Positions 10,261 to 20,096 of a stretch of 64,000 bases of DNA are shown here, piece by piece. The notes under the pieces were generated by a model. It was not told the DNA's origin. It ran no database searches and was given only the letters and a program-made list of their open reading frames with translations. Each line of letters begins with the position of its first letter. The stretch's first letter is position 1. The DNA is from a virus: positions 30,489-94,488 of the IMG/VR virus record IMGVR_UViG_3300037247_001602, one strand, 5' to 3'. The position numbers and the translations under genes are program-made.

Positions 10261-10329
10261 TCAGTCTTTTGGTGATCGAGCGATAATTGAAAGGATGGCC
10301 AACACGAACTGGACTCCAAAGATGAACAT
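10261..10329 (-). CDS. putative 22-aa hydrophobic micropeptide
   Basis: MFIFGVQFVLAILSIIARSPKD; GGGGAG RBS 8 nt upstream; below the ORF-track cutoff. Confidence 0.35.
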   Translation of the reverse strand: MFIFGVQFVLAILSIIARSPKD

Positions 10330-10334
10330 ATTGT

Positions 10335-10580
10335 TTACTCCCCAATTGGGACCTTTTCGTCAGGAATCAATTCGCAGAATCCAGTAAAAACCTGAACTAG
10401 GCGAGGTAATCCATCTTCATTCATCTCGCCAAACCAAAGATCCACGTGTCCTCTGAAAACACCGCCACACGCCTCGTTGCGGATGATGACACCCATCTTA
10501 CCCTTGAGATCCGGATGCTTCTCCTCGCCATCATCCGGTACGCCTCGGTAGATCATGAAATCCCGAATTGTCATCACCAT
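10335..10580 (-). CDS. hypothetical protein
   Basis: GGAGA RBS; 81 aa. Confidence 0.65.
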   Translation of the reverse strand: MVMTIRDFMIYRGVPDDGEEKHPDLKGKMGVIIRNEACGGVFRGHVDLWFGEMNEDGLPRLVQVFTGFCELIPDEKVPIGE

Positions 10581-10728
10581 GTGAATTCTCCTGGCGAAAT
10601 TAGTTTATGAAATAGCGCGAGCCACCTGGATGATCCAGATGACTCGCGCTACCCGAACCAGGAGGCGCTTGCGGGCAAAGGGCTCTAGGCCTGCTTCTTG
10701 TTTTTTTCGCCTTCTGGGGGGGGTGCTG

Positions 10729-11106
10729 CTAGGCAGCCTTCTTGCTCTTCTTCATCTGTTCGACGGTCTCGCTGAGGCTCTCGAAGGAGTTCTTCAGGCC
10801 TTCCGCCAACTCGGCGAGATCGGTGACCGTCTTGTGCAGATCGGGCTGCTCGCCCTTGCCATCGGTCTCCGTCTCGGTCGTACCCTCTTCCTTCGCCTTC
10901 TCGGAGGAGGTCCAGTCGGCCACCTTGTTCGCGACGTACTGGACACCCTTGGCGGCGCCCAGAACACTCAGGTAGATGGCGCCCCCGACACCGGCGACGA
11001 TGGCGAGGCCCAGGCCGGCTGCGGCGCCCGCCTCCGCCACTTCACCCGTCATCTCGAAGAAGCCGATCTCAGCCGTCACTTTCCCCTTCTCGTCTCGAAT
11101 CTTCAT
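10729..11106 (-). CDS. GC-rich membrane-anchored hypothetical protein
   Basis: ATG at 11106 follows AGGAGGAG; one Gly/Ala transmembrane segment and a coiled C-terminus. Confidence 0.7.
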   Translation of the reverse strand: MKIRDEKGKVTAEIGFFEMTGEVAEAGAAAGLGLAIVAGVGGAIYLSVLGAAKGVQYVANKVADWTSSEKAKEEGTTETETDGKGEQPDLHKTVTDLAELAEGLKNSFESLSETVEQMKKSKKAA

Positions 11107-11194
11107 GGTTTCTCCTCCTTTGCCATGACAATGATGTGTAGGCAAGCCCTGCACCGTGCAGGACTTACAAGACTACACTTCTCTCGGTACTTTT

Positions 11195-11202
11195 CTTATA
11201 CC
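11195..11202 (-). promoter_or_regulatory. phage early promoter motif GGTATAAG (representative copy)
   Basis: Exact or near copies lie upstream of minus-strand units at 8928, 10153, 11195, 36194, 36385, 37080, 39061, 39120, 41652, 52420, 54443, 55111 and 61227. Confidence 0.7.
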
Positions 11203-11222
11203 GGATTTGGGCGTTGATTTTC

Positions 11223-11250
11223 TTGATTGTAAACCCTTACCATATATAAT
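11223..11250 (+). promoter_or_regulatory. sigma70-like promoter of the RNAP operon
   Basis: TTGATT-N16-TATAAT, 35 nt before the ATG. Confidence 0.6.
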
Positions 11251-11285
11251 TATATCCGAATTCCACCACCCGAGAAGGTCACGAA

Positions 11286-14200
11286 ATGCTCGACTTCGAA
11301 GCTCAGGCTAGGAACAGCGAGAAGAGTCTCGTCGCCGCCATCAAGGCGATATTCCCCTATGCCGGGAAGAAGCAGACTCTCATTGCAGAGCGTATTTGGA
11401 TCGACAAGGAAGCACGAACTTTCGGGGACTTTGGTTCTCAGAAAGAGGTGAAAGGCAAAGATAAAACTTGGGCAATGCCGATCTACGGCAAGTTTCGCCT
11501 CGTGGACAACGCCACCAATGAAGTCATCGATCGGATCGACAAGATGACCCTGGTGAACCTGCCTCTGGCTACCGCTCGCGGAAGCTATATCGTGCGCGGG
11601 AGCGAGTACCAGGTCGCCAATCAGTTCCGCCTGAAGCCGGGCGTCTACACAAGAATCCAGCAGAACGGAGAGCTTGAGTCCCAGGTGAATCTGGCGAAAG
11701 GCATGAACTTCAGGATTCTCCTGGCGCCCAACTCCGGGATCTTCTTCATGAAGCTGGGGGAGACGAAGATACAACTCTATCACCTGCTCACGGCATTCGG
11801 CGTATCCCGCAGCGCCATAGAATCGATATGGGGACCGGAATTGACAGCCAAGAATTCCAAGAAAGGAAGCCAAGATGGCGAGGTTAATAAAGCTTACAAG
11901 ATCATATTTAGGAAAGAACCGGAAAATCTAGCAGAGGCGATTTCGAGCCTTGAGACTTACTTTGCTGGCAATGTGATAGATCGGAGCACGACGAAGCTCA
12001 CGCTGGGCAAGGGATTCAAGAACGTCAACGCAGATCTATTACTGAGGACTTCTGCAAGGATATTATCTGTCTCTCGCGGAGAGGATAAGGCGGACGACCG
12101 GGACTCCCTGGAATTCAAGCAGCTCTTGTCGGTGGATGATTTCCTGAGAGAGCGCATCGATAAGAATGCGAATAAGATCAAGTTCAAGATGCGTTTCAAC
12201 ATCGATCGCAAGGACAACATCCGGGAGATTATGGGTCTTTCCACGTTCAATTATCCGATAGAGAGCTTCTTCACGGGCGGGGCAGAAGCATTCGGCGGCA
12301 ATACGGGGCTGTCCAGCACGCCTGAGCAGACGAATCCCCTGCATATGCTCTCGGAGACCTCGAAAGTTATCCTGTCGGGCTCCGGAGGGATCACCAACCC
12401 ATATCAAGTTACTGTCGAGGCCAGGGCCGTCCATCCATCCACCATGGGCTTTGTAGATCCCGTGCACACGCCGGAGTCGGATCGCATAGGTACAACACTT
12501 CAGCTTCCTCTTGGCATCAAGAAAAAAGGGCAGAAAATATTGGCGGGTTTCTATAGTGTCAAGACTGGGAAGGTAGTTGATCTAGCCCCCGATCAGGCTG
12601 CGGATTCAGTCGTTTCTTTTAGAGATCAGTATGACGAGAAGAATGGCAAGTTGAAGCCTAAAACACGGAACGTAAAGGCCTCTGTGAAAGGCAAAATATC
12701 CATAGTCCCAGCAAATGAAGTCGAATATGTCATCCCGTCGCCGCAAGCTATGTTCGGGATAGCAACAAACATGATTCCTTTCTTACAAAACGATCAGGGC
12801 AATCGCGCCATGATGGCTGGCAAGATGATGACGCAGGCGCTCCCTCTGGTAAATAGAGAAGCCCCTCTCGTCCGCGTCGTGGCTGGCAAAGGCGTGGTCT
12901 TCGAAAGTGTTGCCGGCCAGGGATTCTCGCACAGAGCGCCAGTATCCGGGACTATCACGAGCGCAACCGAGAAGGAAGTCGTAATCAAAGGGGCGGACGG
13001 CAAGCGCCATACCGTGTCTCTGTACGACAATTTCCCACTCAACTCAAAAACAGCATTCATCGATGCGGAAGTTGTCGTGAAGAAAGGAGATAAAGTCAAG
13101 AAAGGGCAACTGCTTGCCGATACGACATTTACGAAGGATGGAGACCTTTCGCTTGGAATCAACGCAACTGTCGCATATATGCCCTTCAAAGGCTATAATT
13201 TCGAGGACGGAATCGTCATCAGCGAGAGTTTCTCTAAGAAATTCACATCATCGCACCTCTACAAACTTACGACTTCAATAGACAAGCAGACTCTGATGAA
13301 CCTTGCCAAGTTCAAGGCTTACTATCCGGAAGCTCTGGATCTCGCTTCGGCCAGCCGACTCGACTCGGATGGCGTCATCAAGAAAGGCGAGATCGTGAAG
13401 TTTGGCGACACGGTAATGTCCGTATTGAGGAAGGAGGAGAAAGGCCCGGAGGATCTGATTCTTGGGAGACTGCACAGAGCATTCATTAAGCCGTACAAGA
13501 ACAAGTCGGTGTTATGGGAGGAGGAGGACGAGGGCGAAGTTGTCGATGTTATCAAAACGGCGAGGAAGATCGAGGTTCATATCCGTACTGCCGAGCCAGC
13601 GAAGATTGGCGATAAGCTGGCCGGCAGGCACGGAAACAAAGGCACGATCACTTTCATCGGCGGAGATGCCGAGATGCCCACTACGGCAGATGGCGAAGTC
13701 ATTGAAGTCCTTTTGAATCCCCATAGCATTCCTGGGAGAATCAATCCAGGCCAGATCCTCGAAACGGTTGCAGGCAAGATTGCCGACAAGCAGGGCCGGC
13801 CATTTGATGTGCGTAACTTCACTGGCAGAAATTATTTGGAGGACGTGGAGAGAGCCGCAAAGAAGGCAGGCGTTCAAGACAAAGAAGATCTCGTCGATCC
13901 GGTGACGAACCAGAGACTTCCTGGCGTTCTCGTCGGAAAGCAATATATGCTGAAGCTGGACCACCCGACGAGGAAAAAATTCTCTGCTCGCGCCCAGGGG
14001 AGTTACACAGCCGACTTGCAACCATCTCGTGGTAAACACGAGGGCGGGCAGTCGATGGACACCCTGACGCTCTACTCGATGCTGTCACACGGAGCAAAAG
14101 CAAACCTGAGAGAAATGGCCACGTACAAATCTGGGCGTAACGATGAAGTATGGCGCGCCCTCCAGCTTGGCCAAAGTCTTCCGGCTCCCGCTGTTCCTTT

Positions 14201-17200
14201 TGCCACCGAGAAATTCATCTCGATGGTGAAGGGTCTTGGCGTGGACGTGAAGAAAGACGGGAATACCCTGGCCCTGTCTCCGATGACGGATAAGAAGATC
14301 CTAGAATATAGTTCTGGATCTATCAAGAATTCAAAGATTGTGCGGGGCAAGGATCTGAGGCCGGAAAAGGGCGGATTGTTTGATCCGATCATCACGGGCG
14401 GTGTTGCGGGCACGAATTGGAATCATATCGAACTAGCTGAGCCGATGCCGAATCCGATATTTGAAAACGCGATCAAGGCTATCTTGGGAATCACGGGAAC
14501 AATCTACGAGGATATTATTTCCGGGCGGCGTTATGTGACTCCGGATGGACAAATCGTTCCTGAATCCACTGATGAGACGGAAACGGGTGGTATCGGCATC
14601 AAGATCTTGCTATCCAAGATCGATATGGACAAGAAGATCAAGGAGCTGTTGGTCCAAGCCAAGAAGAAAAAAGGCGCCGCCCTGGACAAGATCAACAAGG
14701 TTATTCGTTACCTGACAGCGCTCCAGAAGAATGGACTCAAGCCGACTGATTATATCATCAAAAACATACCCGTGATGCCGGCTCGTTTGCGCCCTGTCTA
14801 CCCGCTTCCGGATGGGAGCCTGAACGTAACCGAGGTGAACCATCTCTATAAGGATCTGATTGATCTGAGCGATCAGAATCGGGACTTTATAGCCCTGGAT
14901 ATGCCCGACCAAGATATAGCCCCGCTGAGGGAGAATGTCTACAAGGGCATGAGGGCTCTCGTCGGCCTGCAAGACCATCTCGGCGGAAGGGGATACAAGG
15001 GACTCATCGAGCAGATAAGAGGCAACACGAACAAGGAGGGATTCTTCCAGAACCGTATCATGAGCCGTCGCCAGGAATTCTCAGGGCGATCAACCATTGT
15101 CCCTGAGCCTGCCCTTGGCCTCGATGACGTAGCCATTCCCGAAGAGATGGCCTGGAAAATATATCGTCCGTTTATCGTCAGGGAGCTGGTTCGCCAGGGC
15201 TACAAAGACAGCGCCCTAGAGGCAAGGGAGGAGCTGGACAAGAAGACCCCCTTGGCTATGAGAGCCTTGCAGATAGCTATGGAAGACCGGCCTGTGATGC
15301 TCAACCGGGCTCCGTCGCTGCACAAATTCAGCATTATGTCATTCATGCCACAACTCACCACGGGTAAGGCAATTAAGATAAACCCCTTGGTGGTAAAGGG
15401 TTACAACGCAGATTTTGACGGGGACACAATGGCCGTCCATGTTCCGATCACAGAAGAAGCACGAAACGAATCGTTCAAAATGCTGCCGAGCAGAAATTTA
15501 TACAACCCGCGAAGCGGCGAACTGATGAACTATCCCACTCAGGAGGCGATTACCGGACTCTATCTATTCACGCAGAGCCCGAAGGGCAGAGCAACGCTCA
15601 ATGCCATTCTCCCTGCGGCGAAATACCACATCAAGGGACCATTGACTGCCAAGGAGATGATAAGCGTTCTGGATCGGATCTCGAAGGAAATGCCGAACCA
15701 ATTCACTAAAGTCGTCAATGCACTCAAAGATATTGGGAATAGAGCATCTTACGAAATGGGATTTTCTGTCGGTCTTGAAGATCTCAAGATGGATTATTCC
15801 TCCAGGGATAGGATATTTAACGAGGCCGAAAACGCAATCAAAAAAGTGAAAGGCGACAAGACACAAGCAATCATCGATGCTTATACAAGTGCGGCGAAGA
15901 AACTCGACGTAGCTCTTCTTGGGGACAAGCGACTAAGAGCCAACTCCTTCATGATTATGGCCAGATCTGGCGGGAAGGGAAATATAGGCCAAATCAGACA
16001 GATCTTGGCTGGGCCTGTCCTCGTCAAGGATGTTCATGATCGCACTATTCCGGTTCCGATTAAGAAATCATATTCAGAAGGGTTGGACTTGGCGGACTAT
16101 TGGGCGTCAATGGCTGGTGCCCGAAAAGGTATGATTGACAGATCCCTGCAGACTTCTATCCCTGGTGCATTCGCCAAGGAACTTCTCAATGTTACCGTGA
16201 ATCACGTCATCTCGATAGCTGACTGCAAGACTACACGCGGCGTTGAAATCCCAGTGGACGATTCTGACATTCTGGATCGTTATCTGGCGCGAGGGATCAA
16301 GGACGTAGCCAGAAGAAACTCGATCGTGACGGCATATGTGATCAAGAAGGCCAGAAAGAATAATGTGAAGACCCTGCTTGTCCGAAGTCCGCTGACTTGT
16401 GAGGCCGAACAGGGCGTCTGCCAAAGATGTTACGGGCTCTCGGATAATGGGAGGCCTCCTGAAATCGGGACGAATGTTGGAGTGGAGGCTGGCCAATCAA
16501 TGGCGGAGCCTGCCACCCAGATGGTTATGCGCAGTTTCCATACGGGAGGAGCCGCAGGAATGGCAGGCGGGATCGTATCTGGATTCACGAGAATCTCCGA
16601 TCTCCTGAAGATGCCCAAAATCCTGAAAAATAAGGCAACTCTATCCCGAGAGTCCGGGAAAATCACGAAGATAGACACCTCTCCGATTGGAGGATGGAAT
16701 GTCTGGGTTGATGACGAAGAGCACCATGTGCCTGCCGGAAGACGAGTTCTTGTCAAACAAGGCCAAACAGTCTCGATGGGCGACCGCCTCAGTGATGGCC
16801 CAATTAAGCCGCAGGAACTTCTCGAACTACGAAACATGCGTGAAACACAGGATTATATTGTAAATTCGCTCAAGGATGAATATTTGAATCAAGGCATCCA
16901 AATGAGGCGCCGCGTCCTGGAAACAGTCGTCCGCCCGCTGACAAATTCAGCCAGAGTAACGCATCCGGGTGGACACGAGGCATATGTGCCCGGCGATCAT
17001 GCCCCACTGACTATTCTCGATGCATATAACCGCAAAGCTAAACCTGAAGACAAGATCGAATATGAACCGATTATTCGGGGAATCAACACGGCGCCCTTGG
17101 CGAGCCAGGACTGGATCACGAGGTTGAATTTCCAGCGCCTCAAAGAAACGCTCATCGAAGGCCCCGCGCAAGGCTGGAAATCTGATATTGCCACAATCGG

Positions 17201-17306
17201 TGCACCCCTGGCCGCATATGCATATGGTCCACTGATCGGAAGAGAGCGCGAAAAAGCTGCTGAAGATACTGCCCAACTAGAGGAGATTGGCAGTGTCTCA
17301 GAATAG
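11286..17306 (+). CDS. rpoBC: single-chain fused beta-beta' DNA-directed RNA polymerase
   Basis: Beta motifs: HTPESDRIG, IPFLQNDQGNRAMM, GYNFEDG, GDKLAGRHGNKG, YMLKLDH. Beta' motifs: HIELAEP, NRAPSLH, NADFDGD (15405-15425), RSPLTC..CQRCYG, QSMAEPATQMVMRSFHTGG. Confidence 0.97.
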   Translation: MLDFEAQARNSEKSLVAAIKAIFPYAGKKQTLIAERIWIDKEARTFGDFGSQKEVKGKDKTWAMPIYGKFRLVDNATNEVIDRIDKMTLVNLPLATARGSYIVRGSEYQVANQFRLKPGVYTRIQQNGELESQVNLAKGMNFRILLAPNSGIFFMKLGETKIQLYHLLTAFGVSRSAIESIWGPELTAKNSKKGSQDGEVNKAYKIIFRKEPENLAEAISSLETYFAGNVIDRSTTKLTLGKGFKNVNADLLLRTSARILSVSRGEDKADDRDSLEFKQLLSVDDFLRERIDKNANKIKFKMRFNIDRKDNIREIMGLSTFNYPIESFFTGGAEAFGGNTGLSSTPEQTNPLHMLSETSKVILSGSGGITNPYQVTVEARAVHPSTMGFVDPVHTPESDRIGTTLQLPLGIKKKGQKILAGFYSVKTGKVVDLAPDQAADSVVSFRDQYDEKNGKLKPKTRNVKASVKGKISIVPANEVEYVIPSPQAMFGIATNMIPFLQNDQGNRAMMAGKMMTQALPLVNREAPLVRVVAGKGVVFESVAGQGFSHRAPVSGTITSATEKEVVIKGADGKRHTVSLYDNFPLNSKTAFIDAEVVVKKGDKVKKGQLLADTTFTKDGDLSLGINATVAYMPFKGYNFEDGIVISESFSKKFTSSHLYKLTTSIDKQTLMNLAKFKAYYPEALDLASASRLDSDGVIKKGEIVKFGDTVMSVLRKEEKGPEDLILGRLHRAFIKPYKNKSVLWEEEDEGEVVDVIKTARKIEVHIRTAEPAKIGDKLAGRHGNKGTITFIGGDAEMPTTADGEVIEVLLNPHSIPGRINPGQILETVAGKIADKQGRPFDVRNFTGRNYLEDVERAAKKAGVQDKEDLVDPVTNQRLPGVLVGKQYMLKLDHPTRKKFSARAQGSYTADLQPSRGKHEGGQSMDTLTLYSMLSHGAKANLREMATYKSGRNDEVWRALQLGQSLPAPAVPFATEKFISMVKGLGVDVKKDGNTLALSPMTDKKILEYSSGSIKNSKIVRGKDLRPEKGGLFDPIITGGVAGTNWNHIELAEPMPNPIFENAIKAILGITGTIYEDIISGRRYVTPDGQIVPESTDETETGGIGIKILLSKIDMDKKIKELLVQAKKKKGAALDKINKVIRYLTALQKNGLKPTDYIIKNIPVMPARLRPVYPLPDGSLNVTEVNHLYKDLIDLSDQNRDFIALDMPDQDIAPLRENVYKGMRALVGLQDHLGGRGYKGLIEQIRGNTNKEGFFQNRIMSRRQEFSGRSTIVPEPALGLDDVAIPEEMAWKIYRPFIVRELVRQGYKDSALEAREELDKKTPLAMRALQIAMEDRPVMLNRAPSLHKFSIMSFMPQLTTGKAIKINPLVVKGYNADFDGDTMAVHVPITEEARNESFKMLPSRNLYNPRSGELMNYPTQEAITGLYLFTQSPKGRATLNAILPAAKYHIKGPLTAKEMISVLDRISKEMPNQFTKVVNALKDIGNRASYEMGFSVGLEDLKMDYSSRDRIFNEAENAIKKVKGDKTQAIIDAYTSAAKKLDVALLGDKRLRANSFMIMARSGGKGNIGQIRQILAGPVLVKDVHDRTIPVPIKKSYSEGLDLADYWASMAGARKGMIDRSLQTSIPGAFAKELLNVTVNHVISIADCKTTRGVEIPVDDSDILDRYLARGIKDVARRNSIVTAYVIKKARKNNVKTLLVRSPLTCEAEQGVCQRCYGLSDNGRPPEIGTNVGVEAGQSMAEPATQMVMRSFHTGGAAGMAGGIVSGFTRISDLLKMPKILKNKATLSRESGKITKIDTSPIGGWNVWVDDEEHHVPAGRRVLVKQGQTVSMGDRLSDGPIKPQELLELRNMRETQDYIVNSLKDEYLNQGIQMRRRVLETVVRPLTNSARVTHPGGHEAYVPGDHAPLTILDAYNRKAKPEDKIEYEPIIRGINTAPLASQDWITRLNFQRLKETLIEGPAQGWKSDIATIGAPLAAYAYGPLIGREREKAAEDTAQLEEIGSVSE

Positions 17307-19314
17307 TTTGGACAGAATGCTTCTCATGCTCTCTGGCGATACACTTCAAGAGAAAATCGCGCAGTCAATCGTTGCGCCCACGCTTCAAGATACCAAAATC
17401 GAAACGGAGAAGATCGAACCAGGTCCAGGATTGAAAGAGGGCGTCCAGCTTACCCCGGCACAGATTGATTTCTCTAGATTCATCGCAGACCGTCGTGGGA
17501 TCGGAATCGCTGCTTGGAAACCTGGCGCCGGAAAGACACTTGGTACAATCGCTGCATTCCTGAATCTGAGGGCTCGGGGAGAGGCCAAGAAGGCAATCGT
17601 ACTTGTTCCCGCTTCATTGCGAGTGAACTTTGCTGAAGGAGGCGTCACTAAATTCACAGATGCCCAATATGGAATCATCGGGAACAAACAAGAAGCCGCA
17701 TCTTTCGCCGACATGGATGTTGAGCGCATGGGAGAGAAGGATTTTTATATCATCTCCCATGATATGTTTAGGGCTAACTCCGATTATTATTTGCAGAAAA
17801 CCGGCGCCGATACGGTCATCATGGATGAAATGCACCGTGTCAAAGATCCGCAATCCGTATTAAATGACGTAATCGAAAAGGTTGGCCCTACTGTCCGGAA
17901 TTTCATCGGCGCTACAGCAACGCCAGCAATGAATAAGCCCTTCGAGGCGATCGAGCTGAAAAATGTAATCAGTTCTCCCGAGGAACGATTCACGGAGAAG
18001 CAATTTACGCAAGCATTCATCGAGCGCGCTCCAAGAGATTTCTGGGAAAGAGTCCGAAGCTTGTTCGGAGGTAAACGCACCGGAGAGATCAAAGGATTCA
18101 AACGAAGGAAAGAGTTAGCCGAGCTGTTAGGTCGAACATTCCATTTTGCCGACCCTAAAGTTAAAGGGATGCCGAAGAAAGACGTTCAAATCATCGAAGT
18201 TCCGATGACCCCTACTCAGGAACAGAATTATCACGCGATCTTGAAGAAGAAACTGAACAGGCGCGAGCAACAGATTCTACGAGAGGGACAACTTTATCCT
18301 GATCGTGAAATGATCAAGATCCTCAACAAGGCCATGGCGACGCGCCAGCTATCAAACAACGCCAGGTGGGTTGAGGGCGATTTGCCAGAAAGAGCGGGAG
18401 CCGAAACGCCCAAAATACTGAGAATGACGAGAGACATTGAAGATCATATTAAGAGGCGACCTGATGCACAGATCATCATCGCATCGAACTTTGTTGGGTC
18501 TGGCGCGAAACTTATGGAGGCCATGCTCAAGCAGAGGGGTATATCATTCGGGAAATACTACGGGAAAGGCCAGGAGGGAATAACAGGGGAAACGAGAGAA
18601 CAGGCGATCAAGAACTATAACGCCGGCAAAGTCAAGGTTATGCTCATGACCGGCGCTGGCGCCGAGGGGCTGGATCTTCCGAATACGACGATGCACCTGA
18701 CGATGGACCCCCACTATAATCCCGAGAGAATCACTCAGCAAGAGGCTAGAGGAATCCGTCGTGGCGGGCAGGCTCATATTCCTCCCGAGAAGCGCAAAGT
18801 GATCGTGAAGCGCTATATATCAGTTCCCAGACAGGGATTCTCGATCGAGCGATCTATCTACCAGATCGCCGCAAAGAAGAAGGCCTTAGTCGATCAGCTA
18901 AAGCAGATCGGATTGGAAGCCCAGCAGGAGAGAGCGAGAAGAGATCCTGGACGCAGAAGGGCATTGGCCTTATTCTCTAGGCGCCAGCAGAAGCCTCAAT
19001 TACCCCAGGAGCCTGAGCGTCCCAAGCAGCCCATGATGAAAGCCGCTGGGAACGGGGGATATCTGAATGCTCGTGGTAATTTCGATGAGCACACAGTCCG
19101 ATTAATCGGTGGATCTCAGGCCGCATTCAATGTGGATTCAGGGGATACAATCGATCGAAAGTTCCATGCGCAAACTCGACTTGGGAAGTGGAGCAAGCGG
19201 AGAAAATCAACCTTGACGGGCAAGGAGCAGGCCCGGATGCGATTTACCGGGAAGACGGAAGGTAACCTAGGCCCGAACGAAAATGCCCAGCCGATAACAC
19301 GAGTAGGCTACTGA
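17287..19314 (+). CDS. SNF2/SF2 helicase-ATPase
   Basis: Walker A PGAGKT, DEMH, ATATP, GAEGLDL and QQEARGIR motifs; QEKIA near the N-terminus (true start may be GTG 17293). Confidence 0.9.
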   Translation: MAVSQNSLDRMLLMLSGDTLQEKIAQSIVAPTLQDTKIETEKIEPGPGLKEGVQLTPAQIDFSRFIADRRGIGIAAWKPGAGKTLGTIAAFLNLRARGEAKKAIVLVPASLRVNFAEGGVTKFTDAQYGIIGNKQEAASFADMDVERMGEKDFYIISHDMFRANSDYYLQKTGADTVIMDEMHRVKDPQSVLNDVIEKVGPTVRNFIGATATPAMNKPFEAIELKNVISSPEERFTEKQFTQAFIERAPRDFWERVRSLFGGKRTGEIKGFKRRKELAELLGRTFHFADPKVKGMPKKDVQIIEVPMTPTQEQNYHAILKKKLNRREQQILREGQLYPDREMIKILNKAMATRQLSNNARWVEGDLPERAGAETPKILRMTRDIEDHIKRRPDAQIIIASNFVGSGAKLMEAMLKQRGISFGKYYGKGQEGITGETREQAIKNYNAGKVKVMLMTGAGAEGLDLPNTTMHLTMDPHYNPERITQQEARGIRRGGQAHIPPEKRKVIVKRYISVPRQGFSIERSIYQIAAKKKALVDQLKQIGLEAQQERARRDPGRRRALALFSRRQQKPQLPQEPERPKQPMMKAAGNGGYLNARGNFDEHTVRLIGGSQAAFNVDSGDTIDRKFHAQTRLGKWSKRRKSTLTGKEQARMRFTGKTEGNLGPNENAQPITRVGY

Positions 19315-20054
19315 TGCTGATTGAGAAGATAGCTGTTTTTGGGGTCCGCGCTCAGGCACAAGTGCTGAAAGCCTTCAAGCGCAGGGCGCTACCTAAACAA
19401 TGGTATCGTAGGGTGGGCAAACCTTTAGTAGGCGTTGAGGGCCCTATAGGGGCTGCGTCGGAATTAGAAATGAAAAGAGCAACGAGAGCTGCCAACATGT
19501 TTGCTCCCATTCTTGGAGTGCCTCGCCTGAAATATGTAACTGCTCCGCACATTGGAAAAGCCTGGACTGCTGGAAAAGGAGATACTGTAACCCAACTAAC
19601 CAATTTCGTGTCTAAACATCGTCCTTCACGCGGAAAAACCTTAAGATCAATTGTTAAGACCATGAAACCTGAAGATCGGAAAGCGGTCAATGCGATCATT
19701 AAGGCTCATGAACTAGATGAACTTAATATACCTCTGAAACTACGCGAGAAAGGATATTTGGGCGCACTTGAACATTCTGGATTTGAAGTCATGTTTAGAG
19801 AAAGCAATAGAGTCAGGGCGCTTCCAAAAAGAATGAAGGCGGCTAAAACATTCATGAAAGAACTTCATCGGGGAACTACGGATGAACTTGCACTGAAGCC
19901 GGTTCCCGGATTCAGATATGGAGAGACAAAAATAAACAGATCGGCCAGGCGAAGGGCAATGGCTATTATTGTTAGGCATGATGAGGCCATACTAGAAGAT
20001 TATTCAAAATGGAGCGCATATATAAAGAAGCTTACGGAGATAAAAAAGAGTTAG
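19314..20054 (+). CDS. basic IEKIA-tagged protein with HELDE motif
   Basis: Begins MLIEKIA; AHELDE...LEH resembles a variant metal-binding motif. Confidence 0.7.
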   Translation: MLIEKIAVFGVRAQAQVLKAFKRRALPKQWYRRVGKPLVGVEGPIGAASELEMKRATRAANMFAPILGVPRLKYVTAPHIGKAWTAGKGDTVTQLTNFVSKHRPSRGKTLRSIVKTMKPEDRKAVNAIIKAHELDELNIPLKLREKGYLGALEHSGFEVMFRESNRVRALPKRMKAAKTFMKELHRGTTDELALKPVPGFRYGETKINRSARRRAMAIIVRHDEAILEDYSKWSAYIKKLTEIKKS

Positions 20055-20096
20055 ACTAGAAGCATATTTGGAGAGAGTGATTTAGAGGATGGGTGC

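Noticed and set aside
10630-11217. 195-aa plus-strand ORF and other long antisense ORFs (e.g. 11250-11873, 38298-38846, 60041-60646)
   Set aside because: These are shadows of better-supported opposite-strand genes or tRNAs, with no recognisable motifs.
11286-17306. Bacterial chromosomal rpoBC locus
   Set aside because: No flanking rpl/rps genes; the protein is heavily reduced; the context is terminase, portal and spike.
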